Counted from the stretch's first letter, positions 42,709 through 53,075 are shown. The stretch is DNA of 64,000 nucleotides from Candidatus Thermochlorobacter sp. (GCA_046291735.1 JBKBSK010000008.1:32313-96312), one strand, 5' to 3'. Translations and numbers: made by a program. Notes: generated from the sequence alone by a model not told the origin.

Positions 42709-43096
42709 CTATGGCACCAAGAGAATTGGCTTAGCCAAAAGCGACCCGCTTTGTCTCTTTGCACAACCTGTCGGCACCTTCAGTGAATCTGACCTTTACA
42801 AGCAAATTCAATTGATTCTTGACCAAGATGGCGTTGAAAAAATCTTGGTGGGCTACCCTACCAGCGGCGATGGGTCTGCAAACCGAATGACCAGTGTTGT
42901 CGATGCCTTTATTGAGCGCCTGCGCCAGCGTTTTCCCGCGCTTCCCATTGAGCGCATTGCAGAATTTGGCTCCTCCAAAAAAGCCATGCAGATTCTTATT
43001 GCCAGCGGGGTCTCTCGTAAAGAGCGTCACAGCAAGGGTCGACTCGATAAAGCCGCCGCCGCAATTCTGCTTCAAACCTACTTAGAGCAACGCTGA
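42674..43096 (+). CDS. ruvX: Holliday-junction-resolvase-like nuclease YqgF/RuvX
   Basis: It has RILAIDYGTKRIGLAKSD, ILVGYPTSGDGS and a length of 140 aa. Confidence 0.85.
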   Translation: MTTIKKRILAIDYGTKRIGLAKSDPLCLFAQPVGTFSESDLYKQIQLILDQDGVEKILVGYPTSGDGSANRMTSVVDAFIERLRQRFPALPIERIAEFGSSKKAMQILIASGVSRKERHSKGRLDKAAAAILLQTYLEQR

Positions 43097-43165
43097 TTGC
43101 TTAGTTCTTAGTGTAAATTTATGTCTTCTGCTATGCGGTTTGCACGCCTGAGCTCTATGTGCTCA

Positions 43166-44386
43166 CTACTCATAAAGCCAATACATTTTCCATTTTTGCT
43201 CGTACTCTGCGCAGCTGCGTCGGCTTTCTTCAAGGATGGCTTGCAATGAGGCGCCTTGCTGCACAAGCTGACGCAAGCGGTTTGTACCGGCAAGCCTATC
43301 GAGCGACTGCCCACCGCTGAGCCATTGTAGCTCGTTCGGATGCGTGCGCTTCAACGCTAGTAAAATTGCTACACCTAAGGCAAACGGCTCCAGCAGACGC
43401 CGGTCGACAATCTTGACCTGAATGCCTTTGCACAACTCACCACGAAATTTTGGACGACTAGCTTTGCCCGCCAAACTCTGTGGCGTAAAAGATATCGTGT
43501 CAAATGCTACCCCCGATAGCCCAAATGCACGCAATTGTGCCAACACTTTTTCTGTGTTGAGAAACGGCGCACCAAAGCACTCAAACGGCTGCTCTGTGCC
43601 TCGTCCTTCGCTGATGTTTGTTCCTTCCAAATGCACCAGCGCAGGATAAAGCAGCATGGCACTTATAGAGCGAATGTTCGGCGATGGCGCTATAAGCCTA
43701 AAGAGCGAATCTTCATCGGCAAACCGCTGACGCGAAAAATTCTGCATTGAAATTACGCGCAAATCCAAGCTCGGTAAGGCTTCAGCTTGAATCATGCGAG
43801 CCAGCTCGCCCACCGTCAGCGCATGCACAAACGGAACCCTGACATAGCCTACAAATGAGCGATATGCAGTATCCAACATAAAACCCTGCGGCGCAATCGG
43901 TGCAATCGGATTCGGACGATCGAGAACGATGAACGCCTTGCGCTGCTCTGCACAGGCTTCCATTGCAAGTTGCATCGTGGAAATGTACGTGTAGCAGCGC
44001 GTGCCAATGTCTTGAATGTCGAAGAGCACAGCATCCAGATTTTGGAGCATGTCAGGCGTTGGCTTTTTGGTCTTGCCGTAGAGCGAATAAATTGGAATGT
44101 GTTGCTCGGTCTTTGTGCTTTGAATGCGCTTGCCTGCTTCCTCGCTTGTCTGAAAACCGTGCTCTGGTGCAAAAAGCGCTTCAATGCGAAAGCCCGCTTG
44201 CAATAGCCGTTTGTAGTTCGGTTCGCCAGTCCTATCGACGCCCGTTGCGTTTGTGATTAGCCCAAGCCGTTTTGATTGCAGTGCACAATCGCCTTGCTCA
44301 AGTAAAACATCAAGCCCAACTTTTACTTGTGCCGCAGCTGATGCATAGAGCAGTGCTAAAGAGATAAAACAGACATAAAGCGGCAT
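43166..44386 (-). CDS. DUF1343 family protein (NamZ/YbbC-like exo-beta-N-acetylmuramidase)
   Basis: Motifs are GLITNATGVD, LFAPEHGF, DAVLFDIQDIGTRCYTYISTM, VLDRPNP and HALTVGELA. It has a signal peptide. I placed the start at ATG 44386. Confidence 0.75.
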   Translation of the reverse strand: MPLYVCFISLALLYASAAAQVKVGLDVLLEQGDCALQSKRLGLITNATGVDRTGEPNYKRLLQAGFRIEALFAPEHGFQTSEEAGKRIQSTKTEQHIPIYSLYGKTKKPTPDMLQNLDAVLFDIQDIGTRCYTYISTMQLAMEACAEQRKAFIVLDRPNPIAPIAPQGFMLDTAYRSFVGYVRVPFVHALTVGELARMIQAEALPSLDLRVISMQNFSRQRFADEDSLFRLIAPSPNIRSISAMLLYPALVHLEGTNISEGRGTEQPFECFGAPFLNTEKVLAQLRAFGLSGVAFDTISFTPQSLAGKASRPKFRGELCKGIQVKIVDRRLLEPFALGVAILLALKRTHPNELQWLSGGQSLDRLAGTNRLRQLVQQGASLQAILEESRRSCAEYEQKWKMYWLYE

Positions 44387-44471
44387 GTGCAGGTTAAGTT
44401 TAGTGAATTTTAACGCCCTTGATTCTTGTAGCAGACACATCTATTTTGCTTGCAAATTTAAATCAAGCCCT

Positions 44472-47400
44472 ATGCTTTTTGTCTCAAAAGCCTTTGTCCA
44501 ACATCTTATTTTACTTTTGTTAGTTTCCCTTTTACCGCACCTGCTGCTTGCACAACCTGAAGCCCTGCGATTTCGCCAAGGGCAGCCTATACCGAGACCT
44601 GCCTCTATGATGCCTGCGCCGCAAGTCTCACCCAATGAACTCATTGTCAAGTTTAAGCCTTCGCTGCCTGCACAAACTTTTTCTACGCTTCAAGCCGCTT
44701 GCCTTTCAGCCAGACCTGCTACTCTGCGTCTGGGCAACTTAAGGATTCCTAACGCCACAGTGCTTGCGCTTACACCTAAAACACTTGGCAAGTCTGAAAA
44801 AACGCTGCAAATCTCTCGCTTACGTGAAATTGACCGAATTGTCGTCATTCGCCTAGAAAGCAGTATCTCCGCACTTGATGTGGAACACTTGCTTGCTGAA
44901 CTTTTGCGCAACCCTGATGTAGAATATGCTACGCGTGTACGCTTGCTTTCGCTGGATACTCATCATTTCTCTGCGTCTGCTCATGCCTTGCACACTCTGC
45001 AGGAAAATTTTGCATCGCCACACCTTTCTTCGCCTACCAGCAATTGGCGTGTGCCAAACGATTCGGCTTATGCTTCGCAATGGAATCTTGCGAAAGTTCA
45101 AGCAGAAGCTGCATGGCAATTCACAAAAGGCGATTCTTCCATTCTCATCGGCATCATTGACACTGGCATTGATTACACACATCCCGACCTTGCACCCAAG
45201 CTTTTTGTCAAAGCTGCAGAAGACCGTAACCAAAACGGCACATTTGAGCCGTGGGACTTTCGTGAGCGGCGCAATCCTGAAACCTTCGAGCTTGACCCCA
45301 ATGGCATTACCGGCGACTTTGATGGCATTGACCAAGACGGCAACGGCTATCCTGACGATGTTATCGGTTGGGACTTTACAGACCAACCTTTTAACAACGA
45401 TGCGCTTAACGGCTTTTCCGATTTTCAATTTCCAGACCCTGACCCCTTTGACGACAATTTTCATGGGACAGCCTGCGCGGGGATTGCTGCAGCTGCTACA
45501 AACAATCAGATAGGCATTGCTGGTCTTGCACCGAACTGTAGACTTGTTGCCCTGCGTGTTTTTACCGCTGCTGGTGGCTACGGCGGCGATTTTGCCTCTG
45601 ATAAAGATATTGCCTCGGCGCTTATTTATGCGGCGGACAACGCCATTCGCGTTGTCAATATGAGCTTTGGCGATGTTGTCGCTTCACCTGTGATGCGCGA
45701 TGCGGTCAAGTATGCTTATTCTAAGGGCGTGGTGATGTGTGCTTCAGCGGGCAATGCTGGCGGCGAACAGCAACGCTATCCTGCCGGCTACGATGAAGTT
45801 ATTGCTACAGCAGCCACCACACGCTTCGATGAAATCACGCCGTTTTCTACGCGAGGCTTTCGTGTGGATTTTGCCGCACCCGGCGAAGGCATTCCGACCA
45901 CTTATCCTTTCTACCGCAACTTTTATTCTGCCTCGTTTGGCGGCACAAGTGCATCTGCTGCACATGCCTCCGGCGCTGCTGCCTTAGTGCTCTCGCGTAA
46001 CCCTTCACTTTCACCTGAACAAGTGCGCGGCATTTTGGTCTCAACAGCTGATGATATTGAAGATGAAGGCTGGGACCACAGCAGCGGCGGCGGCAGACTC
46101 AATCTTGAACGCGCACTTCAAGCTCTTGGTGCACCAATTGCAAAAATTCTTTTTCCAGCTTACGACAGCGGCATTTTCCCTAACAACTTTACTTTGTCTC
46201 GTGTGCCTATCATTGGCACTGCCATCTCGCCGCAATTTCAGCACTACGAACTGCAATTTCGCCCCGGGCTCAGCGACCGCACACCATGGCAAACCATCCA
46301 ACCTGCTACAGCACGCCAACGCTTGCGCGATACACTCGGTTTTTGGAACATTGCGTCTTTACCTGATTCGGTCTATGTGGTACGGCTTGTTGTTCGTGAG
46401 CAGAACGGCAGAACCGTCGAGAATCGCATTCAATACTTTTTGGATCGTACGCCGCCTCGCCTCGATAGTGTGCGCAGCGACCATGTTATCATCAACGACC
46501 AATACGGCATCTTGATTGAAGCTGAAACCGATGATCTTTGCGAAGCCACACTCTTTTTCAGACGCCGTCATTCTAATGAGACCTTTCGCCCGTTTCGCCT
46601 CCCTTTCGTTCGCCGACGGCATTTTGTGCTGCTGCGCCGCTCGGAAGTTCAGCCAAATGTTGAATATGAGTGGTATCTGCACGTGCGTAACATGGCTGGG
46701 CTCACAGCAGAAAGTGCCCGACAAGCTTTTACGCTCAACGGTGAGATGTTTCAGCCACCAACTTTTGGTCAAACACTCTTTCGTGAACGGCGCGAGTTTC
46801 GCTTGCCTGCTGGCACACTGCTCACACAAGTGCAGGATTTCAACCGCAACGCTCGCCGTGAAGTCTTGCTCAATGAAGCCTTGCCTCTTCAGGGCTTGCG
46901 TTTTTCTCGCCTCAAACGCTTTGAGTTTAGCGGTGAACAGTTCGAACTTTTGGATTCTGTTGCTTCGCCAGTCATGATTCCTCAGCATGTTGGCGACCTC
47001 AATCAGGATGGACTGTTGGAAACAGTTGCTTACTCGATTGGACGCAGCATCATTTTTTCGCAATCTGCACCGACTTCGTCACCTTTTGCACGCATTTTAT
47101 TTCAAGACACCACTTCACGCAATTTTTGGGCATCACGCATTGCCGACACCAAAGGGACAGGTGAGCAACATCTGCTTGTGCGCAACGACACGGCTTACTT
47201 CATTTTAGATTCAACATTTCAACGATTGGCAACACTGCCTAATCCTGTACGCCGCGCTAAAGATGGAACGCGCCCACAGTTCGAACAACCTAAATCTCTC
47301 GTAGAAGATTTCGATAGCGATGGCAAACCTGAAATTCTTGTCGGCGACTTCGATGGTAATTTTTACATCTACGAGTATTCCGGCATCGGAAACACTTACG

Positions 47401-49064
47401 CTCAAACTTGGCTCAACCGTACGCCTTACCTTGGCGGAAGCAATTTTGTTGTGAGCGGTAATTTCTTAGGCAATGGCAAAAAGCAATTTGTGGTGATGGC
47501 ACATGCTGATCTTAACTTCGACTTTCAGACGCGCGACTACGCCGCACCAGTCTGGCTTGCAGAGTGCTGGCAAGCCACTGGCAATGATCGCTATGAGAGA
47601 ATTTGGTCGCAGCGATTTTTTAACTACCGTGCCAAATCTATCTTTGAAAGTGCTATTCAAAGTGCCGATATTGACCGAGATGGCATTGATGAACTTTGCA
47701 TTTTAGCGTATCCCAACCTTTACCTTCTCAAGTGGAATGTGCCACGCCAACGCTTTGAACCATTTTGGATTTTCCCAGCGGCAACGGCACAAGAACTTCT
47801 TATCGCCGATATTGACGGCAATGGACGCAACGAAATTTTCTTTGGTGATGATCTTCAGACCTATGGCTATGAATTTCAAGGTGGTGCACTGCCGCTTGCA
47901 CCTGTCGGTGTGAGCATTGAACCGCTTGATGAAACTACGCTTGCGCTTTCTTGGAATCGGACTCCTACGGCACAAGAGTATCGTATCTATCGCGCTGAGT
48001 ATACTTCATTTCCTTCTTATCCCTTTACGCTCTCACGGCGCGCCACTACAACCGATAGCATCTTCATTGATCGAGACGTTCAGCGCAGTCGATTCTATGT
48101 TTATGCTGTTACGGCGTTTGATGGTCGGCAAGAAAGCGACACCAGTGTTTATGTGTTAGGCGTACCGAAAGCGCTACCTCGTTTGCTCTCCGCAGAGTAT
48201 GATGCGGATAACAATTTGCGTCTTCGCTTCAGCGATGCGTTGCAAGATGCACCGCTCAATCCAGCGTGGTTTGAAGTTCAAAAGTCGGGTAGCCTACCGA
48301 TATATCCTTCATCGGCAATTTTGGCACGTGGCGCTAGAGAAGTTGTGCTCTCATTTCAGCGTGAGCCATTAGACACGGGGCATTACGCTGTGCGCGTCAG
48401 TGATAATGTGCGCGATATCTTTAATGCTCGTCTTGCTCCGGCTTTTCGTACTGCATCGTTTGAAGTGCGGCGTATGTCAGCCTCTGCCTTCTTTGTGCTC
48501 TCTCGCCGCGTGCTGACCGCAGACCAAGTCGAACTTATCATGAGCAAACCTATTGACCCTGCATCGGCGCAAGTGCTTGAAAATTACGATGTGCGTCCGA
48601 ACGGAAGGATTGTTGGGGCTGAAGTCGACAACCGCGAAAATCGCTTACGCTTGCGTCTTGCAGGTCGACGAATTGGAGCACTTGGCGTCTCAGTGTCAAT
48701 TGCGCTGCGCAATTTACGCGCCACGGATGGCACACTGATTGACACCGCTTCGAGCGGGAATGTGGTTGTCTTTTCCGAAGTCAAAGAAGATTTGTCAGGT
48801 GTTTTCACCTATCCTAATCCTTACCGCAAAAGTGCAGGCGTAGACTTTGTGATGTTTGCTAATCTTACGCGCAAAGCTACGATTGAAATTCTTACTCTCA
48901 CAGGGCGCGTCATCAAGCGCATTGAGCACACCGGCGAGACTGGCGGAGCGCGTTGGTTTTTGGATACTGAGCAAGGCGAGAAAGTCTCATCAGGCATTTA
49001 TCTCTACCGCGTTACGGCAGAAGGCGTGCCTGAAAAAGTTGGCAAACTTGCTGTAGTGCGCTAA
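44472..49064 (+). CDS. 1530-aa S8 subtilase with FG-GAP/VCBS-like repeats, Fn3 and Ig-like domains and a T9SS C-terminal sorting domain
   Basis: It has a signal peptide. The catalytic triad is IGIIDTGIDYTHPDL, HGTACAGIAAA and GGTSASAAHASGAAALVLS. Repeats follow, such as VGDLNQDGLLE, DFDSDGKPEILVGDFDGNFYIY, ADIDRDGIDEL and ADIDGNGRNEIFFGDD. An Fn3-like segment is LALSWNRTPTAQEYRIYRA. The tail YPNPYRK...IEILTLTGRVIK...SGIYLYRVTA..KLAVVR is T9SS-like. Confidence 0.85.
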   Translation: MLFVSKAFVQHLILLLLVSLLPHLLLAQPEALRFRQGQPIPRPASMMPAPQVSPNELIVKFKPSLPAQTFSTLQAACLSARPATLRLGNLRIPNATVLALTPKTLGKSEKTLQISRLREIDRIVVIRLESSISALDVEHLLAELLRNPDVEYATRVRLLSLDTHHFSASAHALHTLQENFASPHLSSPTSNWRVPNDSAYASQWNLAKVQAEAAWQFTKGDSSILIGIIDTGIDYTHPDLAPKLFVKAAEDRNQNGTFEPWDFRERRNPETFELDPNGITGDFDGIDQDGNGYPDDVIGWDFTDQPFNNDALNGFSDFQFPDPDPFDDNFHGTACAGIAAAATNNQIGIAGLAPNCRLVALRVFTAAGGYGGDFASDKDIASALIYAADNAIRVVNMSFGDVVASPVMRDAVKYAYSKGVVMCASAGNAGGEQQRYPAGYDEVIATAATTRFDEITPFSTRGFRVDFAAPGEGIPTTYPFYRNFYSASFGGTSASAAHASGAAALVLSRNPSLSPEQVRGILVSTADDIEDEGWDHSSGGGRLNLERALQALGAPIAKILFPAYDSGIFPNNFTLSRVPIIGTAISPQFQHYELQFRPGLSDRTPWQTIQPATARQRLRDTLGFWNIASLPDSVYVVRLVVREQNGRTVENRIQYFLDRTPPRLDSVRSDHVIINDQYGILIEAETDDLCEATLFFRRRHSNETFRPFRLPFVRRRHFVLLRRSEVQPNVEYEWYLHVRNMAGLTAESARQAFTLNGEMFQPPTFGQTLFRERREFRLPAGTLLTQVQDFNRNARREVLLNEALPLQGLRFSRLKRFEFSGEQFELLDSVASPVMIPQHVGDLNQDGLLETVAYSIGRSIIFSQSAPTSSPFARILFQDTTSRNFWASRIADTKGTGEQHLLVRNDTAYFILDSTFQRLATLPNPVRRAKDGTRPQFEQPKSLVEDFDSDGKPEILVGDFDGNFYIYEYSGIGNTYAQTWLNRTPYLGGSNFVVSGNFLGNGKKQFVVMAHADLNFDFQTRDYAAPVWLAECWQATGNDRYERIWSQRFFNYRAKSIFESAIQSADIDRDGIDELCILAYPNLYLLKWNVPRQRFEPFWIFPAATAQELLIADIDGNGRNEIFFGDDLQTYGYEFQGGALPLAPVGVSIEPLDETTLALSWNRTPTAQEYRIYRAEYTSFPSYPFTLSRRATTTDSIFIDRDVQRSRFYVYAVTAFDGRQESDTSVYVLGVPKALPRLLSAEYDADNNLRLRFSDALQDAPLNPAWFEVQKSGSLPIYPSSAILARGAREVVLSFQREPLDTGHYAVRVSDNVRDIFNARLAPAFRTASFEVRRMSASAFFVLSRRVLTADQVELIMSKPIDPASAQVLENYDVRPNGRIVGAEVDNRENRLRLRLAGRRIGALGVSVSIALRNLRATDGTLIDTASSGNVVVFSEVKEDLSGVFTYPNPYRKSAGVDFVMFANLTRKATIEILTLTGRVIKRIEHTGETGGARWFLDTEQGEKVSSGIYLYRVTAEGVPEKVGKLAVVR

Positions 49065-49127
49065 AGTCCATAGGCTACGCCTCATGAATGCAAAGTGCCG
49101 CTGTGTCCAGTGATTTTTCTGGATATC

Positions 49128-50792
49128 TCAAGGTGCAGTAGATGCGGCGGGCACTTCGGCAGGCACAGGCTTTGCAGCAAAGTTTGCAAGCAGTTCCAAG
49201 ACCTTATCTTGCAATTCTTCAATGTTACGGCGTGCTTGTGTGAAGTTCATTGCCATCAGCGAGAAAGCAAACCATTCCCCATTTTCGCCATAGAGATAGC
49301 CAGAGAGTGTGCGCACGCCAGAGAGATAACCAGTTTTGGCAAAGATGCGCTTTTCAGCTTTGGTCTTGCGCAGACGGTCTGTGAGTGTGCCATCGTAGCC
49401 TGCAATTGCCAGTGTTTTAAGGAAGGTCTCGAACTTGTTGGAATTGTAGAACCAGCGCAGCAGGCTCACAATCGCATCAGGGGAGATGCGGTTTTTACGG
49501 CTCAGTCCGCTTGCATCGAAGCCTAAAAATTCATCGAACTTGACCCCAGCCATTGAGAGCACTTTGCGTATGGCTTGCAATCCTGCTTCTAGTGAGCCTT
49601 TACTGCCACCTTGATAAGCAGCGCCAACGGTGCGCAAAACTTGTTCCGAGAGGTAGTTGCTACTTTCTTTTTGCAGGTATGTTAAAATTTCAATGAGTGG
49701 AGGTGAAACATAGCGTGCAATGAGTTGCAAAGAATCGCGTGCAAAGTCTTCGCGCGGAAGTTTGCGTCGAATCTCGCCCTCAATGCGAATTCCCTTTTGT
49801 GAGAGTGTTTCAGTTAGCACCGTCAGAAAGTACATTGCGGGCTTTTCGATTGCAATTTTTTCGCTGTATCCGCGCTTTTGTGTGATAGGCAATTCACCTG
49901 AAATCACGATGGTGTTTGTCCCAATCGCACGTGTAATCATCAGAGTGCGGCGCGCATTTTTTGCTGCGGTTATGGCATTGTTCTGAATGGACACAAATCC
50001 CGTCGGTGGCGTGAGCACAATCACCGGCGGTTTGCCCACGGTATCAGCTGGGAAGGCTTGCACGAGAATTGAATTTTCATTGAACGATAGTGCAGAAATT
50101 GGTGCCGCCATACCGTAGGACAGATCATCCCATTCCAAGCCTGTAGCGTAGTCGCCATCGCCGCCGAACCAATCTTGTGAAGTTTGCGAGTTCTCAAAGG
50201 CGCTGTCGTCGCCAATTAAGTTGCCCTTGATGACTAAAATGCCGGCTTTGAGCAAGCTATCGGCAACCGCCTCAAAAAATTTTGTCGGGGAAGGATTATC
50301 AGGCACTTCTGGTTGAAGCCATTTGCCTGAAAGGCAGGGGTTCCCATCACTAGTAACAATCAAGTTGCCGTTCAGGACACCGATGTTGTCGGGCGTGCGG
50401 GTTAGATTGCCTTTTGCAAAAACGCAGGTCGAGTAGCAAAAGGCTGTGTCAAGGTAAGTCAATGCAGCAGCGACGGTCAGAAGTTTTTGATTAGAGGCTG
50501 GAATAAAATTCTTTTCGCTAAGCTGTTTGAACAAGACTTCTTTGCGGCTAAGGGATTCAATGCGCACGCCCCAGAGCACATGTTGCATTGAGGGGTCTGC
50601 AAACAGTTGCTCCAAATCTTGCTTTAACGCTTTGACTTTCTGCTGTTCTTCTTTGGAGCGGCGTGGGAGCGTTTTGTGCGCAAACATTTCTTTTTGGAAA
50701 ATCACCTGTGCACTGACCAGCACAGGCTGAGCCAAAAGCACAAACAAGATTGCCGTACTTAGCGCAAGCGGAGAGCAAAGGGGTCGCCACAT
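49128..50792 (-). CDS. D-alanyl-D-alanine carboxypeptidase/endopeptidase, PBP4 (peptidase S13) family, paralog 2
   Basis: It has SxxK (PASNQKL), SxN (SSNYLSEQVLRTVG) and KTG (AKTGYLSGVRTLSGY), plus a signal peptide from ATG 50792. It ends in a short low-complexity C-terminal tail (KPVPAEVPAASTAP). Confidence 0.85.
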   Translation of the reverse strand: MWRPLCSPLALSTAILFVLLAQPVLVSAQVIFQKEMFAHKTLPRRSKEEQQKVKALKQDLEQLFADPSMQHVLWGVRIESLSRKEVLFKQLSEKNFIPASNQKLLTVAAALTYLDTAFCYSTCVFAKGNLTRTPDNIGVLNGNLIVTSDGNPCLSGKWLQPEVPDNPSPTKFFEAVADSLLKAGILVIKGNLIGDDSAFENSQTSQDWFGGDGDYATGLEWDDLSYGMAAPISALSFNENSILVQAFPADTVGKPPVIVLTPPTGFVSIQNNAITAAKNARRTLMITRAIGTNTIVISGELPITQKRGYSEKIAIEKPAMYFLTVLTETLSQKGIRIEGEIRRKLPREDFARDSLQLIARYVSPPLIEILTYLQKESSNYLSEQVLRTVGAAYQGGSKGSLEAGLQAIRKVLSMAGVKFDEFLGFDASGLSRKNRISPDAIVSLLRWFYNSNKFETFLKTLAIAGYDGTLTDRLRKTKAEKRIFAKTGYLSGVRTLSGYLYGENGEWFAFSLMAMNFTQARRNIEELQDKVLELLANFAAKPVPAEVPAASTAP

Positions 50793-50899
50793 AGCATCTG
50801 GTCTTATGCCGCAGGGGCAATTTTGTGATTCAGATAAACAACTTGCCCTTGCAATTAGGCTTGCAAGGGCACATTTTGACTTCAAGCAGCAAAACTTGC

Positions 50900-52081
50900 T
50901 TACAAATTGAACTCTTTCTTGACAATCTCGGCATTTTTCTTTTCAGTTGGGTCTTTCAAACCAAGTTCCACGTACTTTTTGAGCATGGGCATGGCTTCAG
51001 CTTTGCGTCCTGCATCAATCAGCGCTGTGGCAAGGTTGTAGTATCCCAGCGCATAATCAGGGTTATCATCGACCACTTTTCTGAGCACTTCAACGGCTTC
51101 ACGCGCACGGCGGGTATCTTTGAGGAAGAGCCCGTAGTTGGTGCGCGGTGCCACATTACGTGGATTGGTGTTGAGCGCTACTGCTTTCTTGAAGGCTTCA
51201 TCTGCTTTTTTGAGTTCGCCTGCTTCGGCACAGACATCAGCATAACGCATGTAGTTTGGTAAATTGCGCGCATCCAAGCCTGCTTTCTCCATTGAGGCAA
51301 TGGCTTTCTCATAGCCTGCTATCATTTTTGCATAGTCTTCTTTGCTTGGTTTAGGCAGACCTTTGGCTTTTGCCTGTGCACGGTAGGCTTGTTCTAAGTT
51401 GTAAGCTGACTTTTCGTTGCCCTCAATGTTTTCATCGTTGCGATTGCGCAGCAACGCAGGTAAGTAGGCATCGACAGATGCTTCAAAGTATCTGATAGCC
51501 TCGTCAAATTTCTTTTGGGCTTGCAGTTGGATACCTGCTTGCCGTGCAATTTTTGCATAGAGCGATGGAAACTCCTCTTTGATTTGCTCAGCATAATAGA
51601 CCGCAGAATCGGCTTTGCCGGGCAACATCATGTAAGAGTTAGCAATGTAGTTATGGAAGCCGACATAGAGGTTTTGGAGAGAATCTCTTACAGCTTTTTC
51701 ACCTTGAAATGGGGGCTTGGGCAGCATGCTTAAGCCTTGCAAAAAGACGGGAATGGCTTCGTTGGGGTAGCCTGTGCCTTGTAAGAAGAGACCATAGTTA
51801 TTGATGGCATCAATGTTGGTTGGGTCTTCTTTAACTGCTTCCTGCATCATTTTGAGGGCTTTATTCTGCAGAATCTCAAGCTCAGCTTCAATTTTCTTAG
51901 CTTGTTCGGGTGTTGCGGTTGCCAGCGTGGCTTGTTTTTCCTGGTAGTCTCTATACTCGAGCAGTGCTGCCTTCATTTTGTCGTTGGAGCGCTCACGCGG
52001 CGTGCCGCAACCCATCATCAATACCAGTTCAGCAAAGACCAAGCACAAGAGAAGTGGCAGCAGGAAAAGTTTTTTCAGCAT
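50900..52081 (-). CDS. TPR-repeat lipoprotein
   Basis: It has a lipobox LVLMMGC and multiple 34-aa TPR-like units (e.g. AINNYGLFLQGTGYPNEAIPVFLQGL, YNLATALIDAGRKAEAMPMLKKYVEL). Confidence 0.7.
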   Translation of the reverse strand: MLKKLFLLPLLLCLVFAELVLMMGCGTPRERSNDKMKAALLEYRDYQEKQATLATATPEQAKKIEAELEILQNKALKMMQEAVKEDPTNIDAINNYGLFLQGTGYPNEAIPVFLQGLSMLPKPPFQGEKAVRDSLQNLYVGFHNYIANSYMMLPGKADSAVYYAEQIKEEFPSLYAKIARQAGIQLQAQKKFDEAIRYFEASVDAYLPALLRNRNDENIEGNEKSAYNLEQAYRAQAKAKGLPKPSKEDYAKMIAGYEKAIASMEKAGLDARNLPNYMRYADVCAEAGELKKADEAFKKAVALNTNPRNVAPRTNYGLFLKDTRRAREAVEVLRKVVDDNPDYALGYYNLATALIDAGRKAEAMPMLKKYVELGLKDPTEKKNAEIVKKEFNL

Positions 52082-52208
52082 AGTTTGTATGGTTTTAGTT
52101 CAATTTGTCTGATTCTAAGTTGTCTGATACTCTTAAAGACATTTGCAAATTTACGATATGATTTGCGTCAATACGATTTTGCGATGTGCAGCGGAGAAAT
52201 GTAGGTGC

Positions 52209-53075
52209 CTATGTGTCTTTGCCTAAGCATGCGCAAAGATGCGCTACTTCTGCAGCTGAAAGGTATCGCCACTCCCCTCGCTTTAAGCCCTCGATGCCTA
52301 AGCCTGCATACCGAATGCGCTCAAGTTTTTTGACCTCATAACCAAGTGACCAGAACATGCGGTGCACTTGACGATTTTTCCCTTCACTTAATGCTATCCA
52401 CACCACAGAACCATCACCCAAAATTTTGGCTTTGCATGGGCTTACCTTTTCACCTGTATCTTTCAGACGCATCCCGCCAGTGAGTTTTGGCAAGTCTGCG
52501 CGCAAAAATTTTTTATCGAGCGTTGCCAGATACTCTTTTTCAATGCCGTGTGCTGGGTGCATGAGTTTGTTTGCAAACTCACCATCGTTGGTCAAAAGCA
52601 AAGCGCCTGTCGTATTGCGGTCTAATCGTCCAACAGGATAGACACGCTCATCAAGACCTACAACGTCCAACACTGTTTTTCGTTGCCGCTCATCGTGATT
52701 TGTCGTTATAACATCTTTGGGCTTATTGAGTAGAATATACAATTTTCGCTTCGGCTCTTGAAGTCGCTTGCCTTCGACAATCACCTCGTCCTTGAAGCGG
52801 TGGATTTTAAAGCCAAGTTCTTTTACTACATTTCCATTGACAATCACTTGACCATTTGCAATCAGTTCATCGGCTTTACGCCGTGAAGCCACTCCGCAAA
52901 GCGAAATAAACTTGTTTAGGCGAATCAGTTCGCTCTGCTCTGTTTTGCTTTGGGTGCGCGTCTGACGCTTACCACGTGCTGCTTGTGGCTCGTGACGGCT
53001 TACATCTGAAGTTGTCTTGCGTGTCGAACGGCGTTGCTTCTTGCGTTCGGATGCAGTATCAGTCTTCATCAGCAT
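52209..53075 (-). CDS. rluB: RluB/RsuA-family rRNA pseudouridine synthase with a basic N-terminal tail
   Basis: The S4 domain is IRLNKFISLCGVASRRKADELIANGQVIVNG. The catalytic motif is GRLDRNTTGALLLTNDG. It overlaps the scpB stop by 17 nt, which is the usual scpB-rluB arrangement. Confidence 0.75.
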   Translation of the reverse strand: MLMKTDTASERKKQRRSTRKTTSDVSRHEPQAARGKRQTRTQSKTEQSELIRLNKFISLCGVASRRKADELIANGQVIVNGNVVKELGFKIHRFKDEVIVEGKRLQEPKRKLYILLNKPKDVITTNHDERQRKTVLDVVGLDERVYPVGRLDRNTTGALLLTNDGEFANKLMHPAHGIEKEYLATLDKKFLRADLPKLTGGMRLKDTGEKVSPCKAKILGDGSVVWIALSEGKNRQVHRMFWSLGYEVKKLERIRYAGLGIEGLKRGEWRYLSAAEVAHLCACLGKDT

